From: an uncultured Bacteroidales bacterium
GTDB lineage: Bacteria; Bacteroidota; Bacteroidia; Bacteroidales; VadinHA17
DNA: 64,000 nt
Direction: 5' to 3'
NCBI GenBank assembly: GCA_963698535.1
Contig: CAVORD010000001.1
Span: forward strand, 1,895,823 to 1,959,822
The notes under the pieces were generated by a model. It saw only the letters and a list, made by a program, of their open reading frames with translations, did no database searches and was not told where the DNA came from. Of the stretch, positions 1 through 8,117 are shown piece after piece; position 1 is the first letter of the stretch, and each line of letters starts with the position of its first letter. A program made the position numbers and the translations under genes.

Positions 1-1023
1 TAACTGAAGGATTTCAGAACCTCTTGCCCTCAGATGCCATACCTGTCTATTTCATATTCCTGGAAACCGATCCGGCCACCATTGATGTAAATATACACCC
101 CACCAAAACAGAGATTAAGTTTGAAGAAGAGAGGGCGATATGGCAGATAGTACTGGCATCGGTAAGGGAGGCACTTGGTAAATTCAGCATTGTACCGCCA
201 ATGGATTTCGATGTGGAGGGATATCTTGATTTCCCGGTCAGGTCAGGCACATCGGTTCCCCCTCCTCCTGCCATTGAGATCAATACCTCCTTTAACCCAT
301 TTGGAAACGATTCAGTATATAACAGGTCATCGATCAGGTTTGACCAGAACGGCAGGTCAAAGAATGAGGGATGGGAAAACATATATCCCCCTTCCAGGGC
401 GAACAGGTAGTGGCGATGATGATGCAAAGGGACTGGATATTCCCAACAATGATATCGTCCGCCGATTTATGCAACTAAGGAACAAGTACATCCTATGCCC
501 GGTTAAATCGGGGCTCATGGTAATAGACCAGAAGAGAGCACATCAGCGTGTCCTTTACGAAAAATTTGCAGGTATACTTACGGAGAAAGGCAAATCATCG
601 CAGACAACCCTGTTCCCGGTTACAATAGACCTTAGTGCAGGTGATATGCTGGTTGTAGAAGAGATAAGCGACGCACTGGTTTCGCTGGGATTTGAGATAA
701 GACAACTTGGCAAAAACGAAATATCAGTAACAGGTATACCTGCCGATTCATGGAACCCCGACCCGGCAGAAATGGTAAAGATCCTGATAGAGGAATACAG
801 AGCATCCGACGGCAACAACGAAATGGGAACATTGGAAAGAGCTGCTGCATCTCTGGCAATGGCTTCATCGATCAATCATGGAACAGAACTCTCCCTTGAG
901 GAGATGTCAACGCTCTTTGACTCTCTTTTTGCCTGCAGCAACCCTAATTATTCGCCTTCAGGAAAACCAATAATTAATATTATTAGTACTGCTGAGTTGG
1001 AAAAGAGACTGGATAACCCGTGA
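1..1023 (+). pseudogene. mutL: DNA mismatch repair protein MutL, 3' portion (5' end outside window), interrupted by one frameshift
   Basis: Frame 3 from nt 3 reads ...ATIDVNIHPTKTEIKFEEE... (MutL transducer domain) and stops at TAG 408-410. Frame 1 then reads ...MQLRNKYILCPVKSGLMVIDQKRAHQRVLYE...CSNPNYSPSGKP (MutL C-terminal dimerisation domain) to TGA 1021-1023. The switch must lie between about 385 and 408, where there is a C5 run (387-391). Confidence 0.75.
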
Positions 1024-1103
1024 CAATTTGGCGGAATTACGATATTAAACGAACAGTGGTCCGCAAATTGTTGTTATAAGCAATAGCATAAAATTCATAA
1101 ACT

Positions 1104-1847
1104 ATGAACTATTATACCAGGGGCTTCACATCCCTCCCTCCGGTAGTAAAAAACCTGATTTTAATTAATCTGCTTGTTCTTCTGGCATATTATGTAGCCA
1201 GATTTGCATTGGACATAGACCTGAACACCATTTTGGGTATCTATTTCCCAAAATCGGAGATGTTCCAGCCCTTTCAGATCGTAACTCACATGTTTGCACA
1301 TGGCGGGGTGTGGCATCTTTTCTTTAACATGTTCGCCCTTTTTATGTTCGGGAGAGTACTGGAGACAGTCTGGGGACCGAAACGGTTCCTGATCTACTAT
1401 TTAGTGACCGGACTGGGAGCTGCACTGGTTCACGAAACAGTAATGGCCATTCAGTATACCAATGTAATGGCTCAGATCTCACCGGAACAGCTTCAGCATG
1501 TACTGGATTCAGGAGCACTTGCCATTTCACAGAACAGCAATTTCGTTGATCCTGTAATGGCAAAACTGAACCATTTACTTAATGTTCCTACAGTTGGAGC
1601 CTCAGGTGCAGTCTTTGGGATTCTGCTTGCCTTTGGCGTACTCTTCCCAAATACCCAGCTTATGCTGCTTCTTCCTCCAATACCTATAAAGGCTAAATAC
1701 TTTGTGATCATCTACGGAGCAATAGAGCTTTACCTTGCTGTTACCCAGCCTGGCAGCAATATCGCTCATGCGGCACACCTGGGGGGAATGCTCTTTGGTT
1801 ACATCCTGATAAGGATATGGAGAAAAACAACTAAAACACTTTACTAA
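1104..1847 (+). CDS. rhomboid family intramembrane serine protease
   Basis: Multi-TM ORF with rhomboid motifs HMFAHGGVWHLFFNM, GASGAVFG (catalytic Ser) and AHLGGMLFG (catalytic His). Confidence 0.9.
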   Translation: MNYYTRGFTSLPPVVKNLILINLLVLLAYYVARFALDIDLNTILGIYFPKSEMFQPFQIVTHMFAHGGVWHLFFNMFALFMFGRVLETVWGPKRFLIYYLVTGLGAALVHETVMAIQYTNVMAQISPEQLQHVLDSGALAISQNSNFVDPVMAKLNHLLNVPTVGASGAVFGILLAFGVLFPNTQLMLLLPPIPIKAKYFVIIYGAIELYLAVTQPGSNIAHAAHLGGMLFGYILIRIWRKTTKTLY

Positions 1848-2728
1848 TGAGCCTCTGGCAAGAGATAAAAAAAGGCTTTACATCAGGAACGACCCTTAAC
1901 AGGCTTATATATATCAATGCGGCCGTTTTCCTGGTTATCAAGGTGGTGGAGATGGTATCGGTGCTCCTCTCCAATGATGCTCTGGCTGCAGGTGCTCTAA
2001 GGATTCTTGCACTGCCTGCAGATCCCGGCTCCTTTATATCGAGGCCATGGACTATTATTACCTATATGTTCCTCCACCAGGGATTCTTCCATATTATCTT
2101 CAATATGCTCTGGCTTTATTGGTTTGGAAAGATATTTCTTGATTATCTGGACCCCAAAAAACTGGTTTCTGTATATATTCTTGGAGGACTGACCGGCGGA
2201 CTATTATATATGCTGTCCTACAATATATTCCCTGCATTTGCAGGCGTTACGGCTGAGTCTATTGCTATTGGCGCCTCAGCCTCTGTTATGGCTATTGTAA
2301 TAGCAACAGCAGCATATGTCCCCGAATACACCGTATATCTCTTCCTCTTCGGAAAGGTAAAGATCAAGTATCTGGCAATAATTATATTTGTCCTTACATC
2401 AGTCGTCGATTTCTCTGTAAACACAGGTGGGAAGATTGCTCATATCGGAGGAGCACTGTGGGGCTTCCTTTACATTCTTAACCTAAGGAAAGGAAGAGAT
2501 CTGGGACGAGGCCTGAATAAAGTGCTTGATGCTATCTTTACCCTCTTCAAGCCTGCTAAAAAGTTAAAGGTAACATACAGGAAACCGACCGATGACTATG
2601 AGTACAATAAGGTAAAAAAAGAGAAACAGGTTGAAGTGAACAGAATACTTGAAAAGATATCCAAAGGTGGATACGATAGCCTGACAAGGGATGAGAAGGA
2701 TTTTCTTTTCAATGAGAGCCAGAAATAA
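1847..2728 (+). CDS. rhomboid family intramembrane serine protease (second paralogue, basic C-terminal tail)
   Basis: Motifs FLHQGFFHIIFNM, GASASVMA, AHIGGALWG. The start overlaps the upstream stop in TAATG (1845-1849). Confidence 0.9.
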   Translation: MSLWQEIKKGFTSGTTLNRLIYINAAVFLVIKVVEMVSVLLSNDALAAGALRILALPADPGSFISRPWTIITYMFLHQGFFHIIFNMLWLYWFGKIFLDYLDPKKLVSVYILGGLTGGLLYMLSYNIFPAFAGVTAESIAIGASASVMAIVIATAAYVPEYTVYLFLFGKVKIKYLAIIIFVLTSVVDFSVNTGGKIAHIGGALWGFLYILNLRKGRDLGRGLNKVLDAIFTLFKPAKKLKVTYRKPTDDYEYNKVKKEKQVEVNRILEKISKGGYDSLTRDEKDFLFNESQK

Positions 2729-2820
2729 CCTGATTATAATAAGACACTCTCACAAGATAAAATTGTTTCAAAATCACTACCTTATAAATTACAACCGGTT
2801 GTTCGGAAGAAAAGAGAGAA

Positions 2821-3909
2821 GTGCGGAAATTTATTAAGAAAATAGTACTACTGTTTAATCTAGCTTTTGCTATTGCACTGCTAATATCCTACCTCTCGGT
2901 AAGGATCAGTCCTGCCATATTTGTTTTCCCTGCTTATTTCGGACTTGCCTACCCATACCTTTTGATTATTAATGTTCTTTTCGGACTTCTATGGCTCTTC
3001 AGACTGAATCCGGAATTCCTTATCTCAGCCATAGCCATCTTCATCGGAGTTACACACCTTCAGAATAGCATCAAGGTTCACCGGCACAAAAGCCGATAGC
3101 TCAGAAAACTCATATAGTGTCGTAAGCTACAATCTCAGGCTTTTCAACCTTCTTGAAGGGTTCCTCTGCTGACTCCTCAGAGAAAGGGGTGCTCGATTTT
3201 CTGAAGGCTGAAAATGCCTCTGTTATTTCGCTGCAGGAATATTTCGTACAGGGGAGTACCGACTCTTAAGATTGCCGGTCTTAAAAAACACTTTGGCAGG
3301 GGAACATATACACATCAGAAATTCATCAAGGGACGTGACGGGAGGAATTATGGCAATATTATGATCTCCAGATTCCCGTCGTAAAAGAGGGGAAATAAAT
3401 TTCCCCGGATCATCATCAATTGCAATATATGCCGATCTTAAGATAAACGGTGATACAATACGGTTCTACAATATACACTTGCAATCATTCAGACTGAGGC
3501 GTATTGAAAACTCTTTCCTTGAGGAGATGACACTCGTTGAGCAGGATCAGTTTTACAGTGAGATCACTGACCTCTATGCAACACTTAAAAGAGGATTTGT
3601 AAAACGAGCAGAACAGTCACGAGATTCTGATGACACACATAGCCGGCTCTCCTTACCCTGTTATTGTTGCCGGCGACTTTAACGATACGCCGGTTTCATA
3701 CACATATCATAATCTCCGGCACAACCTCAATGATACTTTTGTGGATAACGGCCGTGGTCATTGGTTATACCTACAAAGGGAAATATCCGCCAAACAGAAT
3801 AGACTATATACTATATTCAGGCAAGCTTAAAAATACTGGCTTTACGATCCTCCGTGAGAAGTTCTCAGATCACTTGCCCATAAAGGCATCATTTAGTCGT
3901 GCTGACTAA
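2821..3909 (+). pseudogene. endonuclease/exonuclease/phosphatase (EEP) family protein with N-terminal TM segments, degraded by about 6 frameshifts
   Basis: EEP-like pieces occur in successive frames 1>2>0>1>2>0>1. They are a TM N-terminus (2821-3099), SYNLRLFN, ISLQEYF, NIMISRFP, IRFYNIHLQS, PVIVAGDFNDTP and NRIDYILYS...SDHLP. Each piece ends in a stop. Confidence 0.8.
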
Positions 3910-4849
3910 AGGGAAGTCTTCTGAAATCGATATTACCACCGGATATTATTATCCCTATTCTTTTACCCTTAAAGCGATCTTTGTTCTCCATTACCGATGC
4001 AAGAGCGACTGCCGACGATGGTTCAATTATTATCTTCATCCTTTCCCAAACCAGTAACATGCAATCTATTATCGACTGCTCCCCTACAGTAATAATATCA
4101 CTTACATTTTCCTTGATTATGCTGTAGGTCAATGGACTCAGGGATGTTCTCAATCCATCGGCTATTGTATCCGGACTTATTACCGGCTCCAGAATACCTG
4201 ATTTAAATGATCTGTATGCGTCATCGGCCTTTTGCGGCTCCGCAGCTATCACCTCAATTGTTGGCTTCAGGGCCATTGCGGCAATGGAAGTACCGCTAAT
4301 AAGACCTCCGCCGCCAACAGGGGCAATTATAACATCCAGGTCGCTAACATCCTCCAAAAGTTCAATGGCGGCTGTGCCCTGACCGGAGATGACCATGAAA
4401 TTATCATATGGATGGATGAATGTAGCTCCGGTTTTGTTAACTACATTAGCAAGAGTCTCCTCTCTTGCCTTAAGTGTTGACTCACAAAATGTTATCTCCG
4501 CTCCATAACCGAGTACCGCAGCCTTTTTAACCGAGGGTGAGTTGTCGGGCATTACAATATATGACCGTGAATTGTTCATGGCTGCAGCAAGAGCAAGGGC
4601 TGCAGCATGATTGCCAGATGAGTGTGTGGCAACGCCCCTTTCCAGCTCCTCCAGGGTTAACGACCTTACGGCGTTGGTTGCACCCCGGAATTTAAATGCC
4701 CCCACTTTCTGGAAGTTCTCACATTTAAAGTAAAGCTCGCATCCAGCCATTTTGTTTATCTGAGAGGAACTCATGACCGGTGTGCGATGTACTACATCCT
4801 TTATCCTTTCGTGAGCTTGCCTGATATCGGAAATGGTTGGTCTATTCAT
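3893..4849 (-). CDS. PLP-dependent threonine/serine dehydratase family enzyme
   Basis: 318 aa. Carries the PLP-lysine motif FKCENFQKVGAFKFRGA, SSGNHAAA, and the glycine loop PVGGGGLISG. Confidence 0.85.
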   Translation of the reverse strand: MNRPTISDIRQAHERIKDVVHRTPVMSSSQINKMAGCELYFKCENFQKVGAFKFRGATNAVRSLTLEELERGVATHSSGNHAAALALAAAMNNSRSYIVMPDNSPSVKKAAVLGYGAEITFCESTLKAREETLANVVNKTGATFIHPYDNFMVISGQGTAAIELLEDVSDLDVIIAPVGGGGLISGTSIAAMALKPTIEVIAAEPQKADDAYRSFKSGILEPVISPDTIADGLRTSLSPLTYSIIKENVSDIITVGEQSIIDCMLLVWERMKIIIEPSSAVALASVMENKDRFKGKRIGIIISGGNIDFRRLPFSQHD

Positions 4850-4969
4850 AACTTATATCATTAAATATTTATAAAGATAATAAAGATGTAACTTTAAATT
4901 TGTGCCTTGTATATCTATGATTAATTAATCAGGGTACAACTAACTTTAATCAATAATTATTATCAGGAA

Positions 4970-5581
4970 ATGTGGTCAGAAAAGAATAAAACAGTATTAA
5001 GTAAACTTAATTCACCATTCCTTATTCAGGAATTTCTCGATTCAATAGCCTACAATCCTGCTCCTGAGTGTAATTCCCCGGAAAAGGTCATTTCAAAAAG
5101 GAAGGCACATTGTTTCGAGGGTGCGCTATTTGCGGCTGCCTGCCTTCGCTTCAATGGAGAAGAGCCCCTTATTGTAGATCTAAGGGCTGAGAACGATGAT
5201 GATCACGTTATTGCAGTTTATCGCAGAGGCAATTACTGGGGAGCCATAGCTAAGTCGAACTTCACAACTCTGCGGTATCGTGAGCCTGTATACCGCTCAC
5301 TGAGAGAGTTGGCAATGTCCTATTTCGACTTTTACTTCAACACCAATGGCGATAAATCGCTGAGAAGCTATACCAGAGCTCTCAACTTAAAGATGTATGA
5401 CCCCAGGAACTGGGAGTTTACCGATGATGATCTGGAGTTTATCGGTGATAAACTGAATGAGATGCATCATTATGAACTTCTCGAACAGGGTGCAAAAGAG
5501 AAACTAAAAAGGGTGCCCGGTTATATGCTTCAGGCAGGCATGCTTGGAAGCAATCCGGATGGACTTTTTAAACCGAAATAA
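4970..5581 (+). CDS. hypothetical protein, possible transglutaminase-like Cys/His fold
   Basis: Clean 203-aa ORF. Candidate catalytic pattern KAHCFEGALF ... DDDHVIAVY. Family not recognised with certainty. Confidence 0.45.
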   Translation: MWSEKNKTVLSKLNSPFLIQEFLDSIAYNPAPECNSPEKVISKRKAHCFEGALFAAACLRFNGEEPLIVDLRAENDDDHVIAVYRRGNYWGAIAKSNFTTLRYREPVYRSLRELAMSYFDFYFNTNGDKSLRSYTRALNLKMYDPRNWEFTDDDLEFIGDKLNEMHHYELLEQGAKEKLKRVPGYMLQAGMLGSNPDGLFKPK

Positions 5582-5597
5582 CCTGAAATAGAAAGAA

Positions 5598-5631
5598 GGG
5601 GCATAGTTTAATGACTATGCCCCTTTTTTTT
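5598..5631. terminator. bidirectional Rho-independent terminator between convergent genes
   Basis: Stem GGGGCATAGT (5598-5607), loop TTAATG, stem ACTATGCCCC (5614-5623), then T8 (5624-5631). The opposite strand is also T-rich after the stem. Confidence 0.8.
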
Positions 5632-5651
5632 ACGACTGCTATTAGTTAACT

Positions 5652-7940
5652 CTAAAACAGACTGTATGTTATGGTAAGGCCTGCCATTACAACAGAAACC
5701 ATTGTCATAAGCTTGATAAGGATATTAAGTGATGGTCCCGAAGTATCCTTGAATGGGTCACCAACGGTGTCTCCTACTACACTGGCTTTATGAGCCTGAC
5801 TTCCTTTTCCGCCATAGTTTCCTTTTTCAATATACTTCTTGGCATTATCCCATGCTCCGCCGGAGTTGTTTAGCATACTGGCCAGTGTGAAACCGGTTGT
5901 AAGGCCTCCAACAAGAAGACCAATAACACCGGGAACACCAAAAATAAGTCCGGTTGCAACCGGGACGGCTATAGCAAGAAGTGATGGAAGAAGCATCTCT
6001 CTTTGTGCTCCTTTGGTAGATATCTCAACGCACCTTGCATAGTCTGGTTTGCCCTCGCCTGTCATAATTCCCTTAATTTCACGGAATTGGCGACGAACCT
6101 CATCAACCATTGCTCCTGCAGCACGTCCCACAGCTTTCATTGTCATTGCAACAAAGACAAATGCCATCATTGCTCCGAGGAAAATACCTGCCAGAAGCAG
6201 TGGGTTGAATACTGAAAGGTCGTATGCCTGCGAAAAGTCTCTTATTGTTGCTGTGGCAAGATTGATGGCTTCCTGACCTTCCTGAACAGCGGGTTCAACA
6301 CCTTTATAGAAAAGGACTTCACCTACCTGTTTAAAGCCATCAACACTCTTATCAGCGACCTTGCCTAACCATAGTCTGACCTCTTCCATATAAGCAGCAA
6401 GAAGAGCCAAAGCAGTAAGGGCAGCAGAGCCGATAGCAAATCCTTTTCCTGTTGCAGCGGTAGTGTTACCAAGCATATCAAGTGCATCGGTTCTCTCTCT
6501 TACTTCATGAGGTAGTTTTGCCATCTCGGCATTTCCTCCAGCATTGTCAGCGATTGGTCCGAAAGCATCTGTTGCAAGGGTTATACCCAATGTTGAAAGC
6601 ATACCTACTGCTGCAAAACCGATACCGTAAACACCCATTGAGAAATTAGTGAATCCACCTGCCGAACCATAAGCGGCAATAATTCCAATTACAATTGTAA
6701 CAACAGGGATCCATGTTGAATACATGCCTACCGCAATACCGTCAATAATGGTTGTTGCAGGACCCTGCAATGCCTGTTTGGCAATACCTCTGGTTGGTGA
6801 ATACTCATCAGAGGTAAAGTATTCTGTACCCTGGCCAATAATAACACCTGCTGCCAAACCGGCAACAACTGAGCCAAAGACACCCCATGTTATCCATCCC
6901 AATGCTGCCAGACCGGCAATTGCGATAAGTATTAAAACCGAACTTCCACCTGTTCCTATGAGAAGGGCGTTAAGAAGATTTTTCTGAGTTGCAGACTCTT
7001 TTGTCCTCACCATGTAAACCCCCACAATTGACAATAGTATTCCAATTGCGGCAACGATCATTGGTGCAATTATCGCTCTTATCTGCAGATCGCCGGTTAA
7101 CCCGGGGATTGCTGCACCAAGTGCGGCCGTTGCAAGAATTGATCCTGCGTACGACTCATAAAGGTCAGCTCCCATACCGGCCACATCACCAACGTTGTCA
7201 CCAACGTTATCGGCTATTGTTGCAGGGTTACGCGGATCATCTTCAGGAATGTCAGCCTCTACCTTGCCAACAAGGTCAGCACCAACGTCAGCTGCTTTGG
7301 TGTATATACCACCGCCAACACGTGCAAAAAGAGCCTGTGTTGAAGCACCCATACCGAATGTAAGCATGGTAGCTGTTATTTCAATGAATTTAGTGTGATC
7401 GTTTGTTCCTGCATGAACAAATGTAAGACCGAGGAAGTGCATACCGGCTTCCATGTGCTCAGGAGTGAAAATAACGTTATTAAGAAGAACGAACCAAAGA
7501 GCTATATCGAGCAACCCAAATCCAACAACGACCATCCCCATAACTGCACCACTTCGGAACGCCACCTTTAATCCGCGATTAAGCGAATGAGAAGCGCCAT
7601 AAGCCGTACGGGCAGATGCATATGTTGCTGTTTTCATACCCAGGTAACCACAAAGTCCCGAGAAGAAACCTCCTGTCAGGAATGCAATAGGTACAAACGG
7701 GTTCTGTACGCCCAGATACGCCAGAAAAGCCAGCAGAATTACAAGTACTACAAATACCATCGCTACAACTTTGTACTGACGGGTGATGTAAGCCATCGCT
7801 CCCTCCCTTACATATTGCGCAATCTCTTTCATCTTGTCGTTTCCTTCCGACTCTTTCATCATGCCCTTAAAGAAGATCCAGGCAAAAATAAGTGCCGTGA
7901 CCGCCGCGAAAGGAACAATCCAGAATAAGCTGTTAATCAT
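5652..7940 (-). CDS. hppA: membrane-bound ion-translocating pyrophosphatase
   Basis: 762 aa, polytopic. Signature motifs GGIYTKAADVGADLVGKVE, DNVGDNVGD, GDTVGDPFKDTSGPSLN. Confidence 0.95.
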   Translation of the reverse strand: MINSLFWIVPFAAVTALIFAWIFFKGMMKESEGNDKMKEIAQYVREGAMAYITRQYKVVAMVFVVLVILLAFLAYLGVQNPFVPIAFLTGGFFSGLCGYLGMKTATYASARTAYGASHSLNRGLKVAFRSGAVMGMVVVGFGLLDIALWFVLLNNVIFTPEHMEAGMHFLGLTFVHAGTNDHTKFIEITATMLTFGMGASTQALFARVGGGIYTKAADVGADLVGKVEADIPEDDPRNPATIADNVGDNVGDVAGMGADLYESYAGSILATAALGAAIPGLTGDLQIRAIIAPMIVAAIGILLSIVGVYMVRTKESATQKNLLNALLIGTGGSSVLILIAIAGLAALGWITWGVFGSVVAGLAAGVIIGQGTEYFTSDEYSPTRGIAKQALQGPATTIIDGIAVGMYSTWIPVVTIVIGIIAAYGSAGGFTNFSMGVYGIGFAAVGMLSTLGITLATDAFGPIADNAGGNAEMAKLPHEVRERTDALDMLGNTTAATGKGFAIGSAALTALALLAAYMEEVRLWLGKVADKSVDGFKQVGEVLFYKGVEPAVQEGQEAINLATATIRDFSQAYDLSVFNPLLLAGIFLGAMMAFVFVAMTMKAVGRAAGAMVDEVRRQFREIKGIMTGEGKPDYARCVEISTKGAQREMLLPSLLAIAVPVATGLIFGVPGVIGLLVGGLTTGFTLASMLNNSGGAWDNAKKYIEKGNYGGKGSQAHKASVVGDTVGDPFKDTSGPSLNILIKLMTMVSVVMAGLTITYSLF

Positions 7941-8000
7941 AAAATTTAGGATTTAGGTTATACAATTTTGACTATTTTTTCTTTCAGAAAGTAATGGATG

Positions 8001-8008
8001 CAAAACTA
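8001..8008 (-). promoter_or_regulatory. candidate Bacteroidetes -7 promoter box for hppA
   Basis: The minus strand reads TAGTTTTG (matches TAnnTTTG) 61 nt upstream of the hppA ATG, with a TTTG 22 nt further upstream. Confidence 0.3.
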
Positions 8009-8065
8009 ATTTAGTTTTCCTTTTGTGCAACAAAAATAGCATAAAAATGACTTTTGACATGTTTT

Positions 8066-8093
8066 CAAATAAAAAGAGCGGCAAATGCCGCTC
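8066..8093 (-). terminator. Rho-independent terminator downstream of the S9 peptidase gene
   Basis: Stem GAGCGGC/GCCGCTC (8076-8093) with loop AAAT, followed on the minus strand by TTTTTATTTG. Confidence 0.7.
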
Positions 8094-8117
8094 CTTTTCT
8101 AATCGTTTAAAAACAGA

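Noticed and set aside
5839-7928. Several 60-125-aa ORFs on the plus strand inside hppA (e.g. 6989-7363, 7587-7928).
   Set aside because: They are antisense to a strongly recognisable 762-aa pyrophosphatase. They have no motifs and a biased composition typical of shadow ORFs.
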